DNA of 63,807 nt, counting the filler, from Chrysochromulina tobinii (Eukaryota): the NCBI GenBank assembly GCA_001275005.1. It is 7 parts of 7 records of this genome, joined end to end, with 100 filler letters (N's around TTAATTAATTAA, not from the genome) between each part and the next. Parts side by side here need not be neighbours in the genome. Positions count along the whole stretch, not along the records: positions 12,252 to 22,320 come from JWZX01000963.1; positions 22,421 to 36,008 come from JWZX01000964.1; 5 more parts are not named here. One strand, given 5' to 3'. Each line of letters begins with the position of its first letter. Positions within the stretch are counted from its first letter, which is position 1. The position numbers and the translations under genes were made by a program. This document shows, one piece after another, positions 12,324 to 23,405 of this stretch. The notes under the pieces were generated by a model. It was not told the origin of the DNA, searched no databases, and was given only the letters and a program-made list of their open reading frames with translations.

Positions 12324-13574
12324 TCAACCTGGGTTCGATTCTCGGCGGGGGCTACCTTGTTCCCAACAACGAATAGTACAATCAACACCGTAATCAAAAA
12401 GTCGACGATAACCAGCCGCCATGCTCTCTTCGAAGGTGAAGCCGGCCACCATGCACTCCCTCGGATTGAACCCCGCCTGCCTCGCCTCAGCGCACGTGTA
12501 GCCCCCCTGCTTCGCCTCAACGCACATGTAGCCCGCCTGCTTGAGCCCCTCGACGTAGCCCGCCCGCTTCGCCTCAGCGCACGTGAAGCCCGCCTGCTTC
12601 GCCTCAGCGCACGTGTAGCCCCCCTGCCTCGCCTCAGCGCACGTGTAGCCCGCCTGCTTCATCTGAGCGAGCGTGAAGCCCCCCTGCTTCGCCACAGCGC
12701 ACGTGTAGCCCCCCTGCCTCGCCTCAGGGCACGTGTAGCCCGCCTGCTTCGCCTCAGCGCACGTATAGCCCACCGCCTTGGCCTCAGCGCACGTGTAGCC
12801 CGCCTGCTTTGCCTCGGCGCACGTATAGCCGGCACGCTTGATTCCCTTGACGTAGCCCGCAAGCCGTAGCTCCATGAGCGTATACCCAAGTTCCCTTGCT
12901 GTGAAAGCTGTCACAACAGCATTCTCGCCCTCGTACTCGTCCTCGTCCTCTTCACCCTCGTCCTCGTCCGCGTCGTCCTGGTCCTCGTCGTCCTCGCCGC
13001 GCATAAGTCGAGTCACACCAGTCTCCTTCAATTGCTTGAGCGCTTCCACCCGGAGGCCCAGCTCCGCAGCCGTCGGGGGACGACTCGAGTTTGGGCTGGC
13101 GGCGGAGAGCGAAACGGCTGCCTCCGAGCGCAGGCGCGCAATCTCCTGCCGGAGCACCCCCTCCGACGCGTCCGCCTGGGCCCGTAGCTGAGAAGCGTAC
13201 TCTCGAAGAGATTTCTCGCCTTTGTCCACTTGCGCCTCCACCCGAGCCGACAGAGCTCGGAACTGCTCGCGCAACGCGTTCTCCGACGCCTCCGCCTGCG
13301 CCCGGAGCCGTTCGGCTCGTTCTTGAGACAGCTGCTCGTTTCGCCGACGCTCTGCAAGGAGAGCTTCGTCCAGGGTGGACACACGGCTCGTCAGCTGTAC
13401 CACCTGCGCCTGCAACGCCTGAATCAGCTGCGCGGCAACCCTCGCCTCCGCCCTCCACTCGTGCATCAAGCTCTTCGTCTCTGCCTCGTGCCGATCGTGC
13501 AGCTTCTCCACCGCCTCCACGCGCACGAGTGCGTGCCCGAGCAGCTGTTCCATCTGCTCCATCGTGCGAGCCAT
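12324..13574 (-). CDS. coiled-coil + acidic linker + ~16 x 10-aa repeat (AGYTCAEAKQ) protein
   Basis: ATG at 13574 (MARTMEQ). The N-terminus is heptad-rich. Near-identical 30-nt tandem repeats span about 12410-12895. Confidence 0.75.
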   Translation of the reverse strand: MARTMEQMEQLLGHALVRVEAVEKLHDRHEAETKSLMHEWRAEARVAAQLIQALQAQVVQLTSRVSTLDEALLAERRRNEQLSQERAERLRAQAEASENALREQFRALSARVEAQVDKGEKSLREYASQLRAQADASEGVLRQEIARLRSEAAVSLSAASPNSSRPPTAAELGLRVEALKQLKETGVTRLMRGEDDEDQDDADEDEGEEDEDEYEGENAVVTAFTARELGYTLMELRLAGYVKGIKRAGYTCAEAKQAGYTCAEAKAVGYTCAEAKQAGYTCPEARQGGYTCAVAKQGGFTLAQMKQAGYTCAEARQGGYTCAEAKQAGFTCAEAKRAGYVEGLKQAGYMCVEAKQGGYTCAEARQAGFNPRECMVAGFTFEESMAAGYRRLFDYGVDCTIRCWEQGSPRRESNPG

Positions 13575-13623
13575 TGGATGGCAGGCCAGGGAGCGAGCGG
13601 TGCTGGAGGCGGGAGTACCCGTA

Positions 13624-13685
13624 CAAAAGCGAGCGTCCCACTTTTGCGGACATTCAAAAGCGAGCGTCCCACTTTTGCGGACATT
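13624..13685. repeat. perfect 31-nt tandem duplication in a bidirectional promoter
   Basis: CAAAAGCGAGCGTCCCACTTTTGCGGACATT at 13624-13654 and 13655-13685. Confidence 0.9.
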
Positions 13686-13782
13686 CCCCACTGCACAGTC
13701 TAGTTCACACACTCGTCTAAAGTCTCATCTCTTTGGCGCCTCGAGTTCCGTGGCACTCTTGACTTGTATTGACTTGAGAGGA

Positions 13783-16700
13783 ATGCCGACGACCGCCGCG
13801 CTCGAGGGCGATGAGGCCACCATGGCCATCGCCCGTGCGGTGTTTCGGCTGTCGGCCGACGGCGGCGCAGAAAAGGCCAAGGCCGCGTTGGCCAAGCTAC
13901 AGGCGCCGGAGACGCTCGACCTGGTCGACCACTGGGACAAGGCCAGCACGCACGTGGACCAGGCCCGCGAGGTTCTGCAGGAGGCGCAGCAGCGCGTCCG
14001 CCTCGTGGCCTCCGCTGCTGACGACGAGGCGTTGCGCGAGGCGGTGGACGCACGCGACGAAGCGCGCCGCGCGCTGCTGGGTGCGCTCGACGCCGCGCTG
14101 CAGCTGCACATGGAGCGCCACGGCGAGCGCCAGTGGGAAGCGAAGCATACAGAGAGGGACGAGCTGGAGCGGCGCGGAGAGCTGAGCCTGGCCGAGCGGC
14201 TGCGGCTCGAGCGGCTGCACTCTGAGCTGCTGCCGGTGCTCGACGCGTGGGTGGCTCGCGTGGATGCTATGGAGACGGACAAAAAGGACCTTGTGCGGCT
14301 GGTGGAGGGAGGCGAGCCAAGCGTCAAGGAATTGGTCGAGGGGTTGCGCGCGCGGCATGCAGATTTCAAGAAGGCGAACCGCAAGTTCCTCACCGCAGAG
14401 CACGTTCTGAAGCTGACCCAATCGGACGGCGACGACACGAGCGAGGCGCTGGCCACTCTCCGCGAGGCGCGTGGCGAGGTGCAGTCCACTGAGCGGTCGC
14501 TGCGCAAGGAGCGCACTCGGCTTGCGCACGTACGCTCATTGCCTCTCATGGCGTCTGATCAGCTCGAATGCCTCCGACTGCGCCCAAACCCCCCTTTCTC
14601 TCCTATCCAGGTCGCCTCGACGCGCTCCCCCGAGCTCTTCGCCGAGCCGTTGCTCCGCCTGGGCAGCGTGCAAGGTGTGGACTCCGACGAGCTGGCACTC
14701 CGACTTGAGACCCGCTGATTGCCGCTGATGGCCTCTGATGACCTCTGATTGCCTCCCTCGTCAGGTGTGGACTCCGACGAGCTGCGCCAAGTGCTCGTCG
14801 AGCGCGAGCTGGCCCATTATGAGCGCGAGCCGCGGCCGCTCTCACGGCCGGGCGCGCGACACAAGGTGTACAAGGCGAGCTACGGCGGCGAGGTGTGCGT
14901 TCTCTCTGATGACTTCTGAAGACCTCTGAAAACCACAGATGGCCACGTATGACCACTGATGACCACTGATGACCACGAATGGCTACTGCTTGCATGTAGG
15001 TGTGCGTCCTCAAGGAGTACGAACTGCGCAGGCCCGAGGGGGCGCACGACGTGGACGAGTGGAAGGGGCTCGCGAAGGAGGTGACGCTGCTCGGCCGGTA
15101 CGTGCATGATGGCCTTTGATTGCATGCCTCATATCATATAATAGGCTCCTACGGATACGGATTGTCTCCCTCATCAGGCTCGCCCACTGCCCGTACATTG
15201 CCGATGTCGAGGCTGTCTTCGTCGTGCAGGAGCCCCTCTTTGCGGCCTATGTCCAGCTGCCATTCTTCAACGGCGGTGACCTGCGCCAATGGGTCGCCGA
15301 CTCGCAGCCGCCCATTTGCCGGCGCATCGAGCTGCTCACCCAGCTCGCGCACGCACTGCAGTACATGCACGAACGGGGCATTGCCCACGGCGACGTCAAG
15401 CTCGAGAACGTCCTCGTCGCCATCGAAGGCGAGCGCGCCACCGCCCATCTCGCCGACTTCGAGTCGGCGCGCGTGGGGCGGACGACGGCGAGCGGCGGAC
15501 GGACGGCCACGCGCGGCCAAAGCACGACGGGCTACGGTCATCTCTTCACTGATCGGTACGTGGCGCCCGAGATCCTCAAGGCAAGCAGAGAGGGCCGCGA
15601 GCGAGACGCGAAGCCCACCGCGATGGGCGACATGTTCTCCTACGGCGTGTGCTGCCTCTTCGCGTGCTGCCTGCCACCCACAGAGGCGGAGCAGGAGGTG
15701 GCATTCGCCCGGTTCGAGGCGGACGGGCGGCAGCTGACCGACTGGTCGAACGCGCTGGCCGCTTCGGCCAACGCCCACCTTCCCTCTCTGCTCGTGCAGC
15801 TGCTCGCACCTGCGGCCACGCATGAGGAGGCGCTCGACCGGCGGCTCGATGCGAAGCAGGTGCTGCAATGGCCTCTGATGGCCTCTGATTGTTGGCCTCT
15901 GATGGCCGCTAATGGCCACTGATGGCCACTGATGAACTCTGATGACCCTTGATGACCACAGGTGCTCACCCACCCCTTCCTCGACACGTTCGAAGCCATC
16001 GAGCTCGCGCGGCGCAAGACGGCGGCGGCGGAGCTCGCGCGCCAGGCGCAGGAGCGCGAGAGCGACGAGGAGCGGCAGCGGCTCGCGGCGGAGGCCGCGG
16101 CGCAGTACGAGGCCATCGAAATGGAGCGGCAGCGGCACCAGCAGCAGATGCGCCGCAAGCAGCAGGAGCTCGACGCCAACGCGGAGCGGCGCGAGGCAGA
16201 GCTGCGAGCCGAGCGCCGCGCCAACGAGGCGGCGGCGCGCAGCCTGCAGGCGGATAGGGAGCGGCTCGAGCGGCAAGAGGCCGAGGTGGCACAGGCCGTC
16301 GCCAAGGCGGCGCAGAAGGCGAGCGCGATCGCCGCCAAGGGGCGCGAGATCGCCGCTGCCGAGGCGAGTCTTCAGCGTGAGGACGCGGCGGCGCAGGCGC
16401 GGCTGGCGACGCTTCGGCAGGAGCAGCACGATCTCGAGCGCGGCCTGCGGAGCACGCGCGACGAGCACAGTCGCAAGGCGGGCGAGCTCGAGCGGCTCAA
16501 GCGCGAGCTCGTGGCGCGCGAGACGGCTGATCTGCACCGGCAGCCGCGCGGGCGCCAGACGCACGAGCTGACCAACAGCGGCGCCGACGTGCCGGAGTAC
16601 CTCTCCGTCGTCGACCGTGTCGAAAAGTACGTGCAGGCCGACCACAAGAACCCGATCCACGTCATCAAGATCGAGAAGGTCTTCAACCGCGAGCTCGAGG

Positions 16701-17800
16701 AAAGGTTCCGCACAGCGAAGGCGTCGAGGCTCTGCTGCCCGCCGAAGGACTGCACCACACTGCAGCTCTTTCACGGCACGAGCAAGGAGGGCGTCGACGG
16801 CATCACGAAGGCTGGCTTCCGCCTGCCCAGCTGGAGCGACAAGAATATGTTTGGGCAAGGCGTCTACTTTGCGACCGACTCGACCAAGAGCGCGCAGGAG
16901 CTGTACACCAAGGGCTCCAACCAGCTGCTCCTGTGCGACGTGCATCTGGGCAAGTCGTGCACGATCAATTCCCTAACGGACCGCCACCCGCTCTCGCAGC
17001 ACGTCAAGCAGGCGCAGTCTGCCAGCACGGCGCGCCCGTTTCTCGATGTCGACCTTGCAAAGGTGCGTGGCGCGGGCTACGACTCGGTCTGCGCGCCGCG
17101 CGGCGGCTCAATGGCCGCGGCCGGCGTCAAGTTTGACGAGTACGTCGTCTATGACCCCGACCAGGCGATCCCGCGCTACATTGTGCACTTTGGCAAGTAC
17201 GCGGCAGGGGTGGCACAGCCGCGCATTGCGCCGGGCGCGCAGTTTGCGCGGCACGAGCTTTCCCCACAGCGCAGCTTCGACCCGAAGAACGAGCTCGACG
17301 CGCACTTTCGCCTCTGCGAGTCGCATGTGCTGCGGCAGCTCGGCCACGCGGGCAAGCGGCTGGTCAAGGTCGAATACATTGTCAACCCGCCGCTCATTCG
17401 CCAGTTTGAGAAGCAGCTCAAGGACTTTGAGAGGGCCCACATTCCGGCCAACATGGTGCTAGCCTTTCACGCCACACGCGAGCGCGCATCGGTCGACAAC
17501 ATCGTCCAACACAATTTTGATCCGAGCAGGATTGGCTCGCAGACCGACTCGGGGTGGTGGGGCCGCGGCTTCTACTTTTCAGAGTACCCTGCCACATCGC
17601 TCGGCTACGGGAGCAACATGCTCCTCTGCCGCGTCCTACCAGGCAAGACGTACGACGTCACTCAGCGGATGGACGGCCAGCCGCTCCGAACGGGCTTCAA
17701 CAGCCATCGGCTGCAAGCCGACGCCAACGGCTACGGGCAGGAGCTCGTCATTGATAACCCGAAGCAGATCCTCCCGTGCTACATCTTACACATCCAATGA
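13783..17800 (+). CDS. coiled-coil - Ser/Thr kinase - coiled-coil - PARP - PARP fusion; join(13783..14529,14611..14674,14765..14892,15000..15097,15178..15859,15962..17800), ~1185 aa
   Basis: Five GT-AG introns give one open frame. Kinase motifs: VCVLKEY, KEVTLL, HGDVKLEN, ADFES, YVAPE, GDMFSYG. PARP-1: LFHGT..GQGVYFA..DEYVVYDPDQAIPRY. PARP-2: AFHAT..GRGFYFS..QELVIDNPKQILPCY. Confidence 0.85.
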
Positions 17801-18077
17801 GATGGATGGCACGAGGATGAGGATGAAGCTTGAAGGGGCGTCGACTTGATCGCCACGCGCCCCGATCGGCGCCTATCTCGCGTTGAGCCGAGCAGGCCTC
17901 GTCCAGCTCGCGTTGTGCTCAGAGCTCAGAGCTTCCGCATCGCCGCGACAGCGACAACACCAATGCGTACCGTTGTTTTTTAGTCCGGGGGCTGGGGGGT
18001 ACACCCCGTAAATTATCCGTATTTCTGTCGACGTCTCCGGGAAGCGCGACCCGTCGCTGGCGGTCCGGCGTCGGCAA

Positions 18078-20399
18078 ATGCGTGTCAGGACCGACGCTGC
18101 GTACCAAGACTGCATGGAGGACGACGTCTCCTTCTTCGACCGTGCGTCGGAGCCGTTCGTTGAGTCGCGCAGCCGTTTGCTCAGCCGACGCGCGGGCTCG
18201 CCCGAGGGCTCGCCGGTGCCTCGGCGCTGCCATGACGTGCCGTGGCTGATTGTGTTCGCCCTGTACTGGGTGGGCATGCTCACGATCGCCACGTGCGCGG
18301 TGCAAGAGGGTGACTGGAAACGGCTCGTCTCGGGCATGGACGATGACGATCAGCTCTGCGGCGAACACAACCAGGGGCAGGGGCACGACAACCTCGAGTC
18401 GCAGCCGTTCGTCTACTTTGCGTGCCTGCAATACGGCCGGCGGCAGCCGACGGTGTGCGTGCCGACGTGCCCGTCGCTATCGGGCCACTACGTGCGCTGG
18501 TACAATGGGAGCGCCATCCAGTGCGATACGGCCGGCCGCTCCGTCCCGGCCACCACCTACCCCACGACTGCGCTCCGTAACAGCTGCGTACCCTCGACAG
18601 CGTCGCTCTACGTGCTCGTGTCTGCGATCATCGACGAGAATGCGTTCACTTCGGTGATCACCGGGATGCTGCTCGCGTCCAAGGTGCTCGTCTTCGCTGC
18701 CGCCGCTGCCGCCGCGCTCGCTCTCCTCTGGATGATCTCCACACGTTTCCTCGTCGACGCGGGGCTGCTCGCGCCACTCACGATCGCGTGGGCGCTCCTC
18801 TCGCTCGCGCTGCTCACGACGGCGCTGTGGATGCGCGCATACTACTTGTCCTCGGCAGCCTTCTCCGAGTACATTCCTGTGCTCCAAGGCTCGCTCCAAG
18901 TCGCGGTGAACACCGACATGTCGCTCGCGCTCGCCGTCCTCGTGACCGCCTTCTCCGTGGGCGTCGTCGTGGCGCTCTGGTGCGGTCTGCTGCAGCGGCT
19001 GCTGCTGGCGGGCGGTATCCTGCGCGAGGCGGCGGATGCGGCGCGCTCGATGCCCTCGCTCCTGCTGCTGCCGCTGCTACTGCTGCTACTGCTCGTGCTC
19101 CTCTTCGCGTACTGGCTCGGCGTCTCTGTATTACTCGCCTCCGCTGGCCAGCCGTACCACGGACAGATGCAGTACGATTACCGCCTCCAATGGTTCTTCT
19201 GGTACCACACCGTCGGCTTGCTCTGGACAGCAGAGGTGATCCTCCACCTGGGCTTCTGCGCCGCGTCGGCCGCCGTGACGACGTGGTACTTTGCGTCGAT
19301 CGAGGAGCTCGTCACGTCGAACCACGGCTGCTCCGTCTTGTTGTCCACGTGGCACGCGGTACGCTGAGTGCCTCTGATTGCCTCTGATTGCCACTGATGA
19401 CCGCTGATGACCGCTGATGACCGCTGATGACCCTCTGCCACGTGGCGCAGGGGCGCTGAGTGCCTCTGATTGCTAATGATGACCGCTGATGACCGCTGAT
19501 GACCCTCAGCCACGTGGCACGCGGTACGCTACGCGCCGGGCTCGCTCGCGCTGCCTTGCATGCAAGTGCTCACCACAGCGCGGGTTCCCCACAGGTACGC
19601 TACGCGCCGGGCTCGCTCGCGCTGGGCGCACTGCTCGTCATCCCCGGGCGCATCTTCCGCTTCTTCCTCGAGCACTGCCTGCACCAGGCGCAGACGGACG
19701 GACGCGGCAAGCCGGAGCTTCGTGGCGTCGCCAACTGCTGCCTCCTCTGCTGCCTCGACTGCTCGACCAAGTACGTTGATTGCCATGGATGGCCTGCCTT
19801 GCATGCAAGTGCTCACCACAGCGCGGTGTCCCCACAGGTACGTGCAGTACATCTCGCACAACGCGTACATCTACGTGGCGGTGCACGACTTCTCCTTCTG
19901 CGAGGGCGCGAAGCAAGCTTTCGAGCTGACGCTTCGAAATATTGGGCAGGTCGCAGTGCTCACCGCGGGTGAGCGGCTGCTGCTGACCCTCGCCAAGCTC
20001 GCAGTCAGCTGCACGTGCACTGGCGGCGCGGCGCTGCTGATGAGCCTGCAATCGAACGCGAGCAACGCGGGCGTCTTGTCTGCGCTCGACAATTCCAACG
20101 GCGCCCTCGTCCTCATCTTCATCGCCACGTTCTGCGTGGCGGATGCGTGGATGGCCTTGTACGACTCCGCCGTAGAGGCGGTCTTCCTGTGCTATCTGGT
20201 CGACCAAGAGGAGAATGATGGCGACCTGCGCCCCTTTTACGCCTCCGTCGAGCTCCAGCGATACATGGAGCGTCACAAGCCGACTTACCAGCTCCCCGAG
20301 AGCTCCAACCCGGAGAGCCGTTCGGAGGATGGCTATTCGCCTTCGGACTCGCCCGTCAAGCAGTACGTGCGGGGTCGGCCGTCAAGTACGGAGCAGTAA
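18078..20399 (+). CDS. choline transporter-like (CTL/SLC44) protein; join(18078..19358,19595..19770,19838..20399)
   Basis: RRCHDVPWLIVF, spliced HA|VRYAPGSLALGALL, QYISHNAYIYVAVHDFSFCEGAK and YDSAVEAVFLCYLVD, with about 10 TM segments. Confidence 0.9.
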
Positions 20400-20710
20400 T
20401 ATTGGGCGGTAGTCACGGACTCACGGTTACAGAAAAATGGTAAATGCAGATAGGCCGTAGAATGGAAGGTATAAAGCTACGCGACGCGTTATACGGCCGA
20501 CGGACGGGTGACACACGCGCTCTCACGAGCGCCCGGTCAGCCGCCCCGGTTCTGGCGTGTGATGACCCACGCGTGTCGCGCGAGTTTATTGACACGAGCC
20601 ACACCCGGCACACGAGAGCGTGTGGCCCAGCGGGCGGGGACGGGGACAGCTCTACAACTCGAGAGTTAAATTCCGCGTTCTCGACTGCGTAACGACGAGA
20701 TAAGTGGGGC

Positions 20711-22107
20711 TCACCTCGGCAGGAGCCAGCGCACGAAGTAGTAGGCGGGCGCCGCGACGAGGAGGTACGAGTCGATGCGGTCGAGCAGCCCGCCGTGGCC
20801 CGGCAGCAGCGTGCCTGTATCCTTGACGCCTGCCGATCGCTTCAGGAGCGAAACGGTCAGGTCGCCAATGAGCGCCATGATGGTGCACATGAACCCATAG
20901 AGCGCCCCCGAGAGCCACGGGCGCGGCCAGCCCATGAGCACCGCGCCGAGGGTAGAGCACGCCATCGCCGAGGCGCATCCGCCCAACAGCCCCTCCCACG
21001 TCTTATTCGGGCTCAGCTCTATCAGCATTGTACGCCCGAAGCGCTTGCCTGTGAAGTAGGCGCCCACGTCCGCAGTCACGATGGACATCATCGTCCACCT
21101 GGGCGCCAGAACGGGCGCCACACACGCAGATTGGTGAGCATTGCTGAGGGAGGGAGCGTGCGCGTAGGCCATGGCGACGGCGGTGGCGGCGGCGCGTGGT
21201 GCCGTTTGCAGAGAGGCGTTGGCAGTGCAGGGAGCATTTGGCGGCGGTTTCACCATTGAATGATCGCGCCGCACGTGAAGATGTCGACGCTCGAGGCCGC
21301 GAGCTGCGCGACGAGTGGCGAGCTCCACAGCGCCGAGGCGGGCGGCAGCAGCTGCTCGAGCACTGCGGATGGCGCGAGAGGGCTCAGAGAGCGGAGCCGC
21401 ACCCAAAACGACGGCATGAACCCGAAATAGTAAATGCCCAAGAAGGTGGTCGAGACGTCGTTCATCGTGAGCGGAGGCGTGCCGGCCTCGACCGGATTGA
21501 TCTTTCGCCGCAGCATGAGGTACACCGTCACGAGCACGCCTGTGAGCGGGAAGAGCGCCTCGCGCAGCACCGGGTTGGTGGAGCACGCTGCGACGTACAT
21601 GCCGACCGAGCCGAGCGTGCCGAGCTTCCACGTCGGGTAGCAGCCGTTCCGGCGCGCCATGAGAAAGTATTCATTCTGTGCGATGACCGCCATGAGCCCG
21701 AAGAGGCTCAGGAAGCACCACGTCCCGCTGAAGATCCACAGCGACACGACCACGCCAAGCATGCACCCTGTGAAGACTCGGCGCATCAGCTTCTGCTGCT
21801 GGAGCGCTGCTTCGGATCGCACTGGCCAGAAGGCTTTGATGGCCGATGGGACCATCCCAATCGCGCTGCCAGCGATGACGAATAGGATTGGCCTCAGCGC
21901 CGGCTGCAAGAGGGGCATGATCGCCACACCGGCCGGCGCTGCTGCCGCTGCTGCCGCTGCTGCAGCCGATATTGCGGCTGCCTTGGGCGGCGCTGCTACC
22001 CTCGACAGCATTCGAGTGCGCGCAAGGATAGGACGGGCCAGTCCTGGTCGCTGTATGTGAAGGCAGCTCTGCGCGAGCAACGGGAGCAGCAGCATGAGGC
22101 TCCTCAT
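20711..22107 (-). CDS. CDS: phosphatidate cytidylyltransferase (CDP-DAG synthase), probably plastid-targeted; complement(join(20711..21098,21254..22107))
   Basis: ADVGAYFTGKRFG, SPNKTWEG and GDLTVSLLKRSAGVKDTGTLLPGHGGLLDRIDS. Signal-peptide-like N-terminus. Confidence 0.92.
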
Positions 22108-22320
22108 CGGTAGCAGTCCGAGCTCCCGCAACCTGACGCAACCTTCGGACGAGACTTGTTCTGACGAAACGTACCTTCCGATGGTCAAACGGCCCGCCGA
22201 CCTGCACTTTCTTGCGTGTAGGGGTCATGCACACAAGTTTGACAAAACTTTAAAAATGTCGGTGGAGCCCGCCCATCTACGCTCGAACCCGCCCGCCAGC
22301 GCGGGCCCAGCTCGCCCTCT

Positions 22321-22420
22321 NNNNNNNNNNNNNNNNNNNNNNNNNNNNNNNNNNNNNNNNNNNNTTAATTAATTAANNNNNNNNNNNNNNNNNNNNNNNN
22401 NNNNNNNNNNNNNNNNNNNN
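22321..22420. other. artificial contig linker
   Basis: N44-TTAATTAATTAA-N44. Confidence 0.98.
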
Positions 22421-22472
22421 CGCCTTCTTGCCCTTCTCACCTTCTTGCCCCCCCCCCCTTCTCGCGTCCCAG

Positions 22473-22850
22473 GTTGCGGGCACCCTGAAGCTCGAGCTCG
22501 CCCAGTACCGTGAGGTCGCCGCCTTCGCCCAGTTCGGCTCCGACCTCGACGCCGCCACCCAGGCTCTCCTCAACCGTGGCGCTCGCCTCACCGAGCTCCT
22601 CAAGCAGGACCAGTACGTGCCCATGGCCTTCGCTGACCAGGTCGTGGCCATCTATGCCGGCACCCGTGGCTACCTGGACAAGCTCGCCGTCTCCGAGGTG
22701 GGCCCCTTCCAGGTCCAGCTCATCGCCCTGATGAAGGCCTCGCACAAGGACATCCTCGACGAGATTGTCAAGAGCGGCAAGATCGACGAGGCCACCGACG
22801 CCAAGATGAAGGCGATCTTCTCGGCCTTCACCAAGAACTTCTCGGTCTAA
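22473..22850 (+). CDS. atp1: mitochondrial-type ATP synthase F1 alpha subunit, last exon (partial, nuclear-encoded)
   Basis: [45 protein letters not shown], preceded by a polypyrimidine tract and CAG acceptor at 22470-22472. Confidence 0.93.
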   Translation, partial: VAGTLKLELAQYREVAAFAQFGSDLDAATQALLNRGARLTELLKQDQYVPMAFADQVVAIYAGTRGYLDKLAVSEVGPFQVQLIALMKASHKDILDEIVKSGKIDEATDAKMKAIFSAFTKNFSV

Positions 22851-23405
22851 ACCCGCAGAGATCCAAGGGGCCATGGGCACATGGATGCGAGTGGTCGTGG
22901 GGGCGGCCGGCCCCAGCCGGCCGCATCATGCAACGAGGCGTGCCATCAACGGCTCGCCAATCACGCGGGGGTGCGCGCGCCGTCATGGGCGGGCGCCGCC
23001 CCCCGTGTCGTCCGCGTCTCGCCACACGTGAAGATGACGCGCAGGCCTGGCGGGGGGGAAGCGGGTATTCTGTTGCGCCCACGCCTGTACAGGCGAGGAG
23101 CCGGCGCCGGGCACGAGTGGTGTCGATACTGATATTGGGAATAGTGCGCGCCGCGCAGGGGCGAGTCGTGAGAGTGGAGAGAGGGCAGAGGGGTTGGCGC
23201 GGCCGCCAAGACATGGCGCGCAAGGTCAAGGACCCGGATTTGTGTGAAAAAGCTACGAGAGCAGGGTTGTGGGGTTGTGAATGAAGCGTCCATTGTCAAG
23301 CCACGTGTCGCGTAACGTGACTGTGCGGAATCTCGTTGAGAACAGTTTCGCTCCATCATCGAAGCTCATCGCAGGGTTGAGAAACCATCTCGACCATCCG
23401 CACGG

